IMG/VR virus record: IMGVR_UViG_3300025853_000079
Coordinates: 1 to 62,944 of that record
Direction: 5' to 3' (one strand)
Source of the DNA: a virus
Lineage: Duplodnaviria > Caudoviricetes
DNA length: 62,944 nucleotides
This document shows, piece after piece, positions 1 to 9,545 of the stretch. The stretch's first letter is position 1. Each line of letters begins with the position of its first letter. The notes below the pieces were generated by a model that was not told the origin of the DNA, did not search any database, and worked only from the letters and a program-made list of their open reading frames with translations. Position numbers and translations under genes: made by a program.

Positions 1-151
1 CTCGGTCTCTGATTTTGCCTCGCCTTAGTGCTTCGCGAGAATCGATTTCGCGCTCGCGACGCTGTTCGCGGTGTTCTTCCGCTGCCAGGCCGAGTTGCGA
101 GGCGACCATCGCCAGCCGGATGATTTGAGCGACCTGCGGACGTCTGCGTCG
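1..151. repeat. Terminal direct repeat, copy 1 (circular assembly overlap)
   Basis: Matches 62794-62944 except at position 16 (T vs C) and position 25 (T vs G). Confidence 0.95.
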
Positions 152-2682
152 GGCTTGCCGTCGAAGAAGATGCGGACGCGATCGTCGTCGTGATCACGCT
201 CGACCGAATGCCCTGCGACCTCGTGAACGGTCTCGGTGCCGGTCGGTGCGTTCTTCTGTGCTTCGACGCGGTTGCGGGCGTGCTCGGCGAACTTCCAGAT
301 TTTGTGACGCTTCGTGAAGACGGGTTTCTTGAGGTGCTCGGTCTGCAGCTTGTCGAGCGTGTCGAGCGCGTTCTGCACAACTTCCGGGCTCGCATCGCGA
401 ACGGCCGTCGAAAACCTGCCGACAAAATTCTGCTTGAACAACGCAGGATCGGAGCCCCGCATCTCGCCGGCCTCGAACGCCTTCATCGTGCCGATCATCC
501 GCTCGATCTGGCCGTGTATCTCGTTGTGCGACTCTTCCGCGAGCTGCTCGGACGTCATCGCGTTGCGGATGTTGCGACGCATCGCCGCCTGAGCTTTCTT
601 CGAGTAGTCCAGTAGCTCATCGAGGCGTCGTCGCTCGGTGTCGAATCGTTTCTGATTCCGACGCGTCGGGAAGTTGCTCGGTCCGGTGACCATTGGTGAC
701 AGCGTGCGGCTCTTCGCGTCGAGGTGCGCGTTCAGTTTCTTGAGGTAGCCCTCCTGGAACCGTGAGAACTCGCTATCGAGGACCATCTGCTGCTCGGGCG
801 ACTTCGCCATCTTGCTGACGTCATCCCAGACGGAATCCATGAACTGCTTGTATTGCTGCTGTTCCTGCTTTGCCCGTTCATCGGGCACCATCGAAATGCC
901 AGCGTAGGCCGCGGCTGCTCGCTTGTAGTCGACGTCGCTCTCGGAGATCGTCGGCCGCTTCGGGCTCTCGGTCTCCGGTTCCGCTTCGCCGCCGTTCGCT
1001 CGCTCCCATTTCGCATCCGCCTGCGTACCGAACGTACTCACGCCGCTGTCGATCGCGTCGCGGATATCGGCCTCATGCTGCTCGACGGTCTTCTTGCCAG
1101 TCCGGGCTCGTTTCTCGGCCAGCTCACCGATCAGGCGATCGCGGTGCTGCTCTTTGGTCTCACCGGCCGCCTCGTCGCTTCCGGCCTGCAGGTCGGGATA
1201 ATCCGCCAGAACCTCGGCCGGCACGTCCTTGCCGCGCTTCAAAGCATCCTCGACGAGCTTGCGGTGCTTCGCTTCCGGCATCCCCGTGACGCGCTTGACG
1301 GCGTCTCTCGGTCGCTGCCAGAGCTTCTTGCCCTCACGTTCCTCGGCCTTGCTGATCTTCTTGTCGAGCTCGCTTGTGTCCGGTGGTGCCGGTCGCGTTG
1401 AGCCTGTGCTCATCGCGTTGTCCCAGATATGCCGGTCGCTGATCTTCTTTCGCTCGGCCTGCAGGTCCGCCAGGCTCGGCTCGTCGTCGGCCGGCTCGCC
1501 GACCATTTCGACCTGCTGCGGGTTGGTGTCAGGCTCGAACAACGCGTCGGCCGCGTCAGACATATCCTGCCACGGTTCGCGTTCGTCGCTGTCGGTCGCT
1601 GCCTCAGTCTTCGGTGCCGCCTTGAAACTCTGCGGTTCGAGCCACTCGTAAGATTTGCCGTCGTCGTCCTCGGCGTCCCAGACCTCGCCCATGTCGTCGA
1701 CGGTCTTATTCGTCAGCGTCAGCACTGTTCCGGCCGGCGGAGCTCCGTGTCCCATGTCGTCGTCATATGGAGGCGACCAGAGCACCCGATGCCCTTCCCG
1801 CAGGTCGGCCAGGTTGAGCTCGCCGCCGTCGCTCTTCTTCGCTTCCTGCTTTGCCTTCCGTTCCGCGATCCGCTGCTGCCGGTTCTTCTCCCAGTCCGGA
1901 TCCGTCGTGTCGATCGTCTGGCCGCGGCCCTCTTCGACGTCCCTGATCGCGCTCGCGCCGACGCCATCGTCATAGAACGACTCGAGAGCCTTGCGATTCT
2001 CTGGGCTCGCAGCCCGCTCGGCCGGCGTCTGCTTCTCGCGGTCATCAGCAGCGTTTTTCGACCGCTGTGCCAGCCAACTATGTACTTCGTTTTTCTTCAG
2101 GAACGCGTATTCCTCATCCGGATCGTCGGCCGACGTGTCAAACACGACATAGTTCTTTGAGTCTTTGCGACCATTCGCCGCAACAGCCACGAACTGTGAT
2201 CCCGGCACCTGCAGCGCAGGCGTTCCCTCATGCTCGGTCCATTCGGGTTGATGTGCGTCCCACTTGCTGCTGTCGTTCTTCTCGTGCCACTCGTCCCGTT
2301 GCTTGTTCTCACGTTCCTGGCGGCGTTTGGCACCTGGTGCCATCTTTTCGATCGATTCCGCGTCCCGATCCTTCGGCTTGCTCTTCTTCTTCGGCTTCTT
2401 CTCGTCGCCCTTGCCGAAATCGTTGAGGTTCTTGATGCCCTTCTCAGCGAGAGCGGCCGGCCCCTTCACAATGTCGCCGTCGCCGTTGATCTGGACGTGA
2501 GCCCCACCGCTGCCGTCCTCGCCTTTCAGCGTGATCCAGCGGAGTTTGCCCTGCGTCTTTTTCGACGCGCGTTCTTCGCCGCTGAACAGATCGCGTTGGC
2601 CCGGAGCGTCCTTACGCTTGCGGGCGTACTGCTCGACGTTGGCGGCTGCCGCCGCGTTGATCATTGCGGTGATCGGGTGCAT
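25..2682 (-). CDS. N-terminal part of a giant polyvalent protein, with a DUF3560-like region
   Basis: 885-aa ORF. C-terminal SPMVTGPSNFP...RVRIFFDGKPD...GWRWSPRNSAWQRK resembles DUF3560-type domains. The TAA stop at 25-27 reads TAC in the other repeat copy. Confidence 0.8.
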   Translation of the reverse strand: MHPITAMINAAAAANVEQYARKRKDAPGQRDLFSGEERASKKTQGKLRWITLKGEDGSGGAHVQINGDGDIVKGPAALAEKGIKNLNDFGKGDEKKPKKKSKPKDRDAESIEKMAPGAKRRQERENKQRDEWHEKNDSSKWDAHQPEWTEHEGTPALQVPGSQFVAVAANGRKDSKNYVVFDTSADDPDEEYAFLKKNEVHSWLAQRSKNAADDREKQTPAERAASPENRKALESFYDDGVGASAIRDVEEGRGQTIDTTDPDWEKNRQQRIAERKAKQEAKKSDGGELNLADLREGHRVLWSPPYDDDMGHGAPPAGTVLTLTNKTVDDMGEVWDAEDDDGKSYEWLEPQSFKAAPKTEAATDSDEREPWQDMSDAADALFEPDTNPQQVEMVGEPADDEPSLADLQAERKKISDRHIWDNAMSTGSTRPAPPDTSELDKKISKAEEREGKKLWQRPRDAVKRVTGMPEAKHRKLVEDALKRGKDVPAEVLADYPDLQAGSDEAAGETKEQHRDRLIGELAEKRARTGKKTVEQHEADIRDAIDSGVSTFGTQADAKWERANGGEAEPETESPKRPTISESDVDYKRAAAAYAGISMVPDERAKQEQQQYKQFMDSVWDDVSKMAKSPEQQMVLDSEFSRFQEGYLKKLNAHLDAKSRTLSPMVTGPSNFPTRRNQKRFDTERRRLDELLDYSKKAQAAMRRNIRNAMTSEQLAEESHNEIHGQIERMIGTMKAFEAGEMRGSDPALFKQNFVGRFSTAVRDASPEVVQNALDTLDKLQTEHLKKPVFTKRHKIWKFAEHARNRVEAQKNAPTGTETVHEVAGHSVERDHDDDRVRIFFDGKPDADVRRSLKSSGWRWSPRNSAWQRKNTANSVASAKSILAKH

Positions 2683-2729
2683 GTCGTCATCCGTGAGAAA
2701 TTAAGTCTGGCACGACAGAGACACGGCCC

Positions 2730-3074
2730 TTACGTGACCGGCTGGATTTCGGCGTCGCTCATCGTGCCACTACCGAGCACCATCTTGATCCACGGGAACG
2801 CCGCACACTCATCCGGAACCGGGAACCAGCCTTCTGCCGCGGCCGTCAGGCTGACGTTCTCGAACGCCGTCCAGTCCGTATCAGCGGACGTGCGACGGTT
2901 CAGAACCGTGTAGTCGCCGCCCTCTGATGTTGCTCCGTAGAACGTGATCGTCGCAGCCGCCGACAAGTAGACCATGCCGGTGATTCCGCTGTACGGGATC
3001 GCCTCGGTCGTTCCTTCTGCTGCTGTCAGTGCCAGGGCTCCCGTGCCCCGTTTGTCTCGAGAGATTACTCCCAT
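2730..3074 (-). CDS. Small beta-rich protein, probably virion-associated
   Basis: Tightly packed ORF in the late operon; Thr/Ser/Gly-rich. Start chosen at MGVIS. Confidence 0.6.
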   Translation of the reverse strand: MGVISRDKRGTGALALTAAEGTTEAIPYSGITGMVYLSAAATITFYGATSEGGDYTVLNRRTSADTDWTAFENVSLTAAAEGWFPVPDECAAFPWIKMVLGSGTMSDAEIQPVT

Positions 3075-3079
3075 TGGTT

Positions 3080-4561
3080 CTATCCTTTTCTGCTGTCGCA
3101 GGAACAAAGCATTCTGAGCATTCGCCGCCGCCGGGCGTTCGGATCAGTGCCGCCACCGCCGCCACCGCCTCCAGCCGCGCCGTATGTGACTTCAAGGTAT
3201 GGATCGTTCGCGCTCTCGGCGGTATAGACCGACGTGTTCTGCGAACCACCCGGTCCTGATGTTGAGCCGATGTAGTCCAGATTTGACCGGCAGCAGAATT
3301 TCACGATCCCTGAACCGTCGACGGCTGTTTGCAGGTGCGTGATGCCCGTGATATTCAGCGCAACCGGCGTGTCGTCGAGCTGAAACGCATCCGTCAGATC
3401 AGTGTCGTGATCGTTGAACGTGTTCTGATAGTCCGTCGTCGTGTGCCCCGTGTTGCTGGCGGTCGTCGCGCCGGTCAGCCTTACGTCGCGGTTGTATCCC
3501 CCCGTTCGGACGCAGTGCCAGTTTGCACTTTCGACCGATTGACCAGACAACGATGACACGTCGAAGAGTGTGATAAAGCGGTGATTTGTGATGGTGCTGG
3601 TGTCGTAGGTAATCCCCGCCGTGGTCTGGTGCGATGCGCTGTACGTGGAACTGCCGTTTGCCGCGATCACGGTGGCCCAATCGCCGTTTCGAGCGCCCAC
3701 GTGACCGTCCCACGTCGTGGTCTCTGAGTGCGGGTCCGGGTAGAACGTTTGCACGTCATCACTGATTAGCAACGAACCCTCCGCCGCTGCTGCGTCTACC
3801 AGCGCGGCCGGGATTGTCTTCGTGAGCCTAATCGTATCCGGATCAACGATCGTGGCAGTGACGGTCGCGGACTGCGTCACCAGCGTGCCGTCTGCTTTCC
3901 AATACCAGACCTGCGGAGCCTTAAACCCGCTGCCTCGCTGCTGGTCGAGCTGTCCGTCGAAGTAATGGACGGCAGCCCCTGCTGTCGGTATCTGGATCGT
4001 GTTGTCGATCGCCGACGCCCAGAGAGACCCGTCTGGCATCTTCGCGCGTTCGCTGCCGATCCATACCTGCGCTTTCGAGCATGTAATCAGCCAGCTGGCC
4101 TGTAGCGGTTGCCCGATGTGCCTGGACTCCAGCCTAGCCGGATCGATGACTGCTTCCCGCGTTGCCCGCGGGGCTCGCCCATGCCAGACCGTGTATCTCA
4201 ACGAGAGCCCTGGCCCCCAGGCGTCATCATACCAGACCTGCGAGGGTTGACTGTCGTCAATGCGGCCCGCGACGGCTCCGATCCCTTCTGGCGTAATCTC
4301 AAGGACCATCGCCGGGCTGGTGATCAACGACCGATTGAACACGTCCCAGCGGTTATTGATCTCGAGAACGGCCGTCTCATTGGCGAACTGCGGAACGTGA
4401 AACCGGAACGGTCCGGAATCGCTGACGAACGCGGAACCGTCGTTGCGGAATGCCGCGTTGATGGCATCCCAGCTGCCGCCGTCGTTGCGGTATCCGATCC
4501 ACTTGCCGTGTACCTGGGCGCGATTGCCAGACTTCCACGTATTGAATGCAACAGGTCTCAC
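3080..4561 (-). CDS. Virion structural protein with a C-terminal DNRLRE/CBM-like domain
   Basis: 493 aa, overlapping the portal stop. FYPDP...RFITLFDVSSL...SANDPYLEVTY pattern followed by a poly-Gly linker. Confidence 0.6.
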   Translation of the reverse strand: MRPVAFNTWKSGNRAQVHGKWIGYRNDGGSWDAINAAFRNDGSAFVSDSGPFRFHVPQFANETAVLEINNRWDVFNRSLITSPAMVLEITPEGIGAVAGRIDDSQPSQVWYDDAWGPGLSLRYTVWHGRAPRATREAVIDPARLESRHIGQPLQASWLITCSKAQVWIGSERAKMPDGSLWASAIDNTIQIPTAGAAVHYFDGQLDQQRGSGFKAPQVWYWKADGTLVTQSATVTATIVDPDTIRLTKTIPAALVDAAAAEGSLLISDDVQTFYPDPHSETTTWDGHVGARNGDWATVIAANGSSTYSASHQTTAGITYDTSTITNHRFITLFDVSSLSGQSVESANWHCVRTGGYNRDVRLTGATTASNTGHTTTDYQNTFNDHDTDLTDAFQLDDTPVALNITGITHLQTAVDGSGIVKFCCRSNLDYIGSTSGPGGSQNTSVYTAESANDPYLEVTYGAAGGGGGGGGTDPNARRRRMLRMLCSCDSRKG

Positions 4562-7356
4562 GACAGTCCCTCGGCAAACGGCAGCGATAGATCGCCGTTG
4601 GTCATCCAGTCAATCAGCTGCTTCCAGGTTGCCGGCGTCACGGTGCCCACTTTCCAGCCGGCCGTAAACGCGTCGCGGTACGCCTTGCGGGCTTCCGCCT
4701 CGGTGTGGAACCCGGTCATCACCTTATGCTCGTCAAATCGCCCGTTGTCCTGGTTGATCTGATCGACGACGTACACCAGATCGCAGGCGGGATCCGGCCC
4801 GATGAAGACGTCGAGCTGGTCGCCGTCGTTGCCCTCGGTGCGTCGCAGGTAGCCGTAATGCGCCGGCATCGTCACGGACCACTCTTTGCCGTTCGCGTCG
4901 GTGCCGCTGCGTGTCGAGCCCTTCGGATTCTCGATCGTGACCTGCAGGCCGTGATTCCAGAATTTGCCCTTCCGGTAGTTCCCGCTTTTTGCCTGCGCCT
5001 CGGTCGGGCTCGTGTCGGTCACGGCCGCGGCTTCACGGCAGGCCGTCGCGACGTCTCGCGCGTAGTGCTCGCTGTCCTGATCGGCGTCGCCGTCCAGGTC
5101 GAGCGAAACACTCTCGTCATACGTCTGAATGATCGCAGCCCGGAGCTCATCCAGAACGCCGCGATGCCGCAGCTCGCGATAGACCTCATTCTCGACGGAC
5201 GTCTCGCCGTCCTCAGCAATGCCCTCGCGTCGCTTCGCCTGAAGCCGCTGCAGGAGCGTCTTCAGCTGCTCGTGATTCCGTCGTTGAATACAGAGCTCGA
5301 TGCAGCGTTCCGCGACGTCGGCCTTGTAATCGACGACAGCCGCGTCAGCTTCGCCGTCGTCGTCGTCCTCGGATTCTTGAACCCATTCCTCGGATACGAG
5401 GCTGTACCTCGCTCCGGGCGTGCCGCCGCCGTCCTCGAGCTCGACGAACAACTCGACCTGATGGCCACCGATTCGAACGTCGTGCTTCAGGTTCCAGAGT
5501 GCTCCGTGATCGTAGAGATACTCGTCGAGAAACTCGCGATCGATGCCCTCGATCTCCGGATCAACGACGAGGTGAACGTCGATGTCGCTCTGCTCGGTGA
5601 ACCGGTCCGGATTCGCTGCGCTGCCGGCAATCACGATATCGGTGACCTGATCGCGATCGATCGCCAGCGTGCCGGCAAAGTCTTCCGCGATCTTCCGGAG
5701 CTTCTCGACGACTTCGGGAGCCGTGACGTCGAAATCACCGCGTTCGGGCTCATCGTCGCGTTCGTACTTCTCGGGCTCGACGACAGCGCCAACTTTCGCG
5801 CCCATATCCGCCACTGCGGCCAGTGTTCGAGGATCCGGCATCGCACCACCGCCGGCCGTACCGTCGTCCATACCCGGCATTCCCTCGCCGCCGCCCTGCG
5901 GGCTCGGCAGAACGCGGTCGGTTTCCTTCGGGACACTCGCGCCGATCGAATCGAGAACGTCGCTCTCTTTGATCCGGGCACCCATCTCCCAGGCACCTTT
6001 GAACGCTCCGAGCTTGCTTTCCGGATTCGGGTCTTCCGTCTCGATGACAAACCGGCAGTGGATATCGGACGCCGCCGGGAAATTGAATTGCTTGACCGGC
6101 TCGACCAGTTCGTACGTCAGCGTTTCTTCAAGGTTCCGGGCGTCGTACGTGACGATCTGCATCAGAGTGTCGAGGTGCAGGTCAGCCAGGCCGGATCCCA
6201 GCCCGGTCGCGTCCGCTTCGCTCGTCAGCGTCTGACCTAAGATGTATCGCTTGATCCGGTGCCCGAAATACTCCTCGAGCAGGTTTTTGATGATCTCCGC
6301 ACCGGCCATGCCGGGCTCAACGATGTGGACGTTGTAGAGCGGTGCGTCCTCACCCATCGGCTTCGGAAACAGAATGACGCCCTTATTTCCGCTGCCTCGC
6401 TGCAGGGCCGCCGTTTCGACGGCGTCTTTAGCCTCGGACGAACCCATCGGGTATTCCCAGACTTCGATGCCGGCTGCCGAGCGTTCCAGGTATTCGAGCA
6501 GGTAGGCCTTGCACTCCTGCTGCTGGAACCACTCCCAATAGATTCGCGATCGAATGCCGACGCCGTGAACTGAGCCAGCGTCGATTGGGTTTTCCCAGGG
6601 AGCATCCTCGATCTGGTGTCGATGGATTGCCAGCAATCGCCGTTGATAGTGCGGCAGGAAGTAAGCCATCCCGCGATCAGTCGCCGCGAGGTAGTTCTTG
6701 TCAATGTGGCTTGACGCCGCGAGAGCCCGGTTGATCAGGATTCCGACCGGGCCGAGATCGCGGTTGTACGTGCCGCTCAGCCAGCTTGGGTCATCGTGCT
6801 GGAAGACCAGCTTGTCGCCGTTGACCGGGCTCCAGCCATACCCCTCGGCCAGCGTTGGCGCGGTCGGCATGATGTAAGATTCGCCCTGAATCCGCTGCTT
6901 CGCCCAGCGGTGCTGAACGGCATACTTGCCATACCAGATCGCTTCGAGCAGGTTGCGACGGTACTCCGTGAAGCGTCGCATACGCTTCAGAATCATCGTC
7001 AGCTTCGTGCAGAGCTCTTTCTGCTCGGGGCTGTTCTCGTCTTCGGGCTCAATGTGCCAGTCGAGTAGGGCCGTGAGCCGCTGCCGGGCTTCAAGGCACT
7101 CCATGATGCCGACGTCGTTCCGCATGAAACGAGCGTTGTCGCGGCTGGCTTTGATCGCCTCGTCGCTGTCTCGGTAGACGCGGGCAATCGAGCCCAGGAG
7201 CGAGTTGAACGTCAGGACGTGCGGCAGAGGCTGCTTGCCGGCGTTCGGCAGGCCGCCACTGAGAAACGACGTATCGACGATATTCGCAGTCGTGCGATTG
7301 AGCTGCGTCGTGATCTGCTGATAGCTGTCGGGGATTCGTGGCGCCGCGCCGATCAT
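4558..7356 (-). CDS. Mu gp29/DUF935-like portal fused to a pol-beta-type nucleotidyltransferase and an inorganic pyrophosphatase domain
   Basis: Portal motifs LLEAIWYG and ILGQTLTS. NTase motif IAGSAAN...SDIDVHLV...VELFVE. InPase motifs GNYRKG, IENPKGS.RSG, HYGY, DGDQLDVFIG, FDEHKVM.GF. Confidence 0.85.
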   Translation of the reverse strand: MIGAAPRIPDSYQQITTQLNRTTANIVDTSFLSGGLPNAGKQPLPHVLTFNSLLGSIARVYRDSDEAIKASRDNARFMRNDVGIMECLEARQRLTALLDWHIEPEDENSPEQKELCTKLTMILKRMRRFTEYRRNLLEAIWYGKYAVQHRWAKQRIQGESYIMPTAPTLAEGYGWSPVNGDKLVFQHDDPSWLSGTYNRDLGPVGILINRALAASSHIDKNYLAATDRGMAYFLPHYQRRLLAIHRHQIEDAPWENPIDAGSVHGVGIRSRIYWEWFQQQECKAYLLEYLERSAAGIEVWEYPMGSSEAKDAVETAALQRGSGNKGVILFPKPMGEDAPLYNVHIVEPGMAGAEIIKNLLEEYFGHRIKRYILGQTLTSEADATGLGSGLADLHLDTLMQIVTYDARNLEETLTYELVEPVKQFNFPAASDIHCRFVIETEDPNPESKLGAFKGAWEMGARIKESDVLDSIGASVPKETDRVLPSPQGGGEGMPGMDDGTAGGGAMPDPRTLAAVADMGAKVGAVVEPEKYERDDEPERGDFDVTAPEVVEKLRKIAEDFAGTLAIDRDQVTDIVIAGSAANPDRFTEQSDIDVHLVVDPEIEGIDREFLDEYLYDHGALWNLKHDVRIGGHQVELFVELEDGGGTPGARYSLVSEEWVQESEDDDDGEADAAVVDYKADVAERCIELCIQRRNHEQLKTLLQRLQAKRREGIAEDGETSVENEVYRELRHRGVLDELRAAIIQTYDESVSLDLDGDADQDSEHYARDVATACREAAAVTDTSPTEAQAKSGNYRKGKFWNHGLQVTIENPKGSTRSGTDANGKEWSVTMPAHYGYLRRTEGNDGDQLDVFIGPDPACDLVYVVDQINQDNGRFDEHKVMTGFHTEAEARKAYRDAFTAGWKVGTVTPATWKQLIDWMTNGDLSLPFAEGLS

Positions 7357-7382
7357 GCGTCGATGTCGTTATCCGCCGCTCA

Positions 7383-7400
7383 GCTCGGTGGTTCCGATGC
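7383..7400 (-). promoter_or_regulatory. Late-leader motif B (GCATCGGAACMACCGAGC), copy 1
   Basis: Near-identical copies at 11125, 54848, 56519 and 58740, all in leaders of virion genes. Confidence 0.7.
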
Positions 7401-7482
7401 AGTGCGAGAAAGGCGACCCGGACAAAATAGAGCCGGGCCGCCCTGCGAGGTTACGCCAGTGGCATCTGGCAGTCGAACGAAT

Positions 7483-7509
7483 TAGCAGATTGTTTGAGCG
7501 ATTGTCGAA
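7483..7509 (-). promoter_or_regulatory. Putative late promoter motif A, copy 1
   Basis: Consensus TTCGACAATCGCTC-N4-GATTTGCTA; other copies at 9514, 12601, 51923 and 58977. Confidence 0.65.
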
Positions 7510-7515
7510 TCGGCG

Positions 7516-8115
7516 TCAGCAGCTCGTCAGAGCGGCACGCTCTCCGCTCCATTCTTCGATCGCTTGGCTACTGTTGCCCTGTTGTGCCATTTTCTCGATC
7601 AGCTGCTGCGACAGGTTCAGACAACGACTCTTTACCCTGTCGAGCTCGGCCTTCACTTCTTCCAGTTCGGCGTTTGGATGCCCTTTCTGCAATTCTTCGT
7701 TTTGCTCCCGAAGCCAAGCGAGCTCCTCGTGCAATGGCTTCGTTTCCTGCTCGTGCAGTTCTGCTTGCATCTCGCGAGTGTTTTTGATGATTTCCACAAC
7801 ACTGGTGGCCCCACTAGGCCCATTTGCCAGATTTTCGGCCAGTTCGCCCGCCAGCTTTGCTAGATGATCAGTCCTCACGTCGATCATGCTCCACAAAGGC
7901 CCGTCACCTTTGTTGATGCGAATTAGCTGGTCCCGAATGTTGCTCAACTCCTCGAGTTTGTCCATCTGTACCGCCTGGCTCGCAACAACCCGCATCCCGG
8001 CCGCTCGTGCCTCAATCGCCACTTCCGCCATCCGCCGGGCAATCCCCTGCAGAGCCAGGACGCCCAGCCCTGTCAGGATGAGGTAGCCCCACTCTCTCGC
8101 TTCAACGTAATCCAT
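7516..8115 (-). CDS. Hypothetical membrane-anchored coiled-coil protein
   Basis: 199 aa with a hydrophobic N-terminal segment and heptad-rich C-terminus. Confidence 0.65.
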   Translation of the reverse strand: MDYVEAREWGYLILTGLGVLALQGIARRMAEVAIEARAAGMRVVASQAVQMDKLEELSNIRDQLIRINKGDGPLWSMIDVRTDHLAKLAGELAENLANGPSGATSVVEIIKNTREMQAELHEQETKPLHEELAWLREQNEELQKGHPNAELEEVKAELDRVKSRCLNLSQQLIEKMAQQGNSSQAIEEWSGERAALTSC

Positions 8116-8141
8116 CGATGTGCCCCTCGATGCTGTGCAGC

Positions 8142-9125
8142 CTATCGACCTCGATTCGGCAGGCCGCGGTTTGGAATGCCGCGCGACGCCAGAGCCTGCA
8201 GCTCCGGCTGATATCGCCCGACCAGTCGATCCGGCAAAGCTGACTGGAACGTCTGCGTTTCCCCTGTGCTCGGACTGCGTGCTCTCAGCTGCCGTCCGAT
8301 GAAATACTCTTTCCGTCGATCGCCCTGACCGTAGGCCTTCGCTTCCCGCGGCACGTAGCCCTGAGCAATGCCAGCCAGCTTGTACCGGTAGCGATGCCCG
8401 CTGACGGTCCCGCGAACACGAATCCGATCCCAGACAAAAGAGCCTTTCGAACTCGCGGTTCGCATCGACTCGAAAACGTACGGATGCACGTTCTCATACT
8501 CGTACTGCGGGCCGGCCGTCTTACTCCTGCCGCCTCGTCGCCGGTCTTTCTGCAGGAATCGAATCTTGAGCGTGCCGTGCTGGCTCTGACCGTCCCAGTC
8601 GAAGCCGATCGAATGCACGTTCGACGATTCGACGTTGATCATTTCGCCGGTAATCAGCGGGTCGTCAGGCTGCACCCACATGGTGCGACCGCCGGCCGTC
8701 GCCGTGACTCGGTTATCCGGCCGAGTCTTCAGCGGATATGTATCCGGCTCGGCTGAACGGCCTCGATTCGGCTTCGCCGCCGGCTGACCCTTGAACAGCT
8801 CCGGTCGATGCTCACGCAGGAACGATTCCGCCAGGTCGAGTGCAATGTTGAGCTCGTCATCGCCGTCAGACGCCACGCCTCGACGCCCTCGGCCGCCGCC
8901 CTTGCCGCCTCCACCGCCACCGGTTGCCCGCTGGATCTTGGTGATCAGGTCGATGATCGGCTTCGCAGCCCCGACGCCACGCAGTAGGTGCGAAACGGCC
9001 TGACTCGTGTCCGTCAGGCTGCCGAGAACTTTGACGCCCTCGATGGCTCCGCGGAAAATCGACTTCGGCCGATTGCGACGGTTCAGAGCCTTCTGACCAC
9101 CGCGGTAATGCGGGAACAGCGGCAT
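8142..9125 (-). CDS. KTSC domain protein
   Basis: VESSNVHSIGFD...TLKIRF...YEYENVHPYVFESMRTASSKGSF matches the KTSC pattern. Confidence 0.75.
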   Translation of the reverse strand: MPLFPHYRGGQKALNRRNRPKSIFRGAIEGVKVLGSLTDTSQAVSHLLRGVGAAKPIIDLITKIQRATGGGGGGKGGGRGRRGVASDGDDELNIALDLAESFLREHRPELFKGQPAAKPNRGRSAEPDTYPLKTRPDNRVTATAGGRTMWVQPDDPLITGEMINVESSNVHSIGFDWDGQSQHGTLKIRFLQKDRRRGGRSKTAGPQYEYENVHPYVFESMRTASSKGSFVWDRIRVRGTVSGHRYRYKLAGIAQGYVPREAKAYGQGDRRKEYFIGRQLRARSPSTGETQTFQSALPDRLVGRYQPELQALASRGIPNRGLPNRGR

Positions 9126-9128
9126 TGG

Positions 9129-9389
9129 TCAGGCCTTTTTCTGGACGGAGATACCCATCGACTTGAGAGACGAGCGAGTCAGCCAGGCAATGACGAAACG
9201 ATTCCGATTGACGTCCTCGCTCAGTTTGACGATCTCCTCGGACATAACCGGATCGAGCCGTGTAACGCCATCATCGCATTCGACAACGCGGCACACGACC
9301 GAAATCAGTTCGTTGCCCTTGTGGTCGAACGGCGTGTGAGACGGTAGGTCGCTCATCAGTACCTCCGGTCGCGCTGGCAACGCGGACAA
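9129..9389 (-). CDS. Hypothetical protein
   Basis: Operon packing; start uncertain. Confidence 0.5.
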   Translation of the reverse strand: MSALPARPEVLMSDLPSHTPFDHKGNELISVVCRVVECDDGVTRLDPVMSEEIVKLSEDVNRNRFVIAWLTRSSLKSMGISVQKKA

Positions 9390-9513
9390 ATCTCATGCTT
9401 CGCGGCCTGCGGCTTCTTCAGACGCTTCCCGCAGCATTTGCAGGTCACTGGAATGACCGGACCGCCGGCCCATGGTTTGCCGAGTTGCTTCTTGATGATC
9501 ATGCCCGGCCATC

Positions 9514-9540
9514 TAGCAAATCAGCCGAGCGATTGTCGAA
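9514..9540 (-). promoter_or_regulatory. Putative late promoter motif A, copy 2
   Basis: TAGCAAATCAGCCGAGCGATTGTCGAA on the plus strand, just past the terminase stop. Confidence 0.7.
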
Positions 9541-9545
9541 GTTGC

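Noticed and set aside
1-151. Biological terminal repeats of a linear genome
   Set aside because: The overlap falls inside a gene and is about read length, so it is more likely a circular-assembly overlap.
4705-6240. Long plus-strand ORFs antisense to real genes (e.g. 4705-6240, 14712-15842, 26117-27217, 51750-53042, 59179-60399)
   Set aside because: These are shadow ORFs expected in high-GC coding DNA; they have no motifs, and the opposite strand has clear genes.
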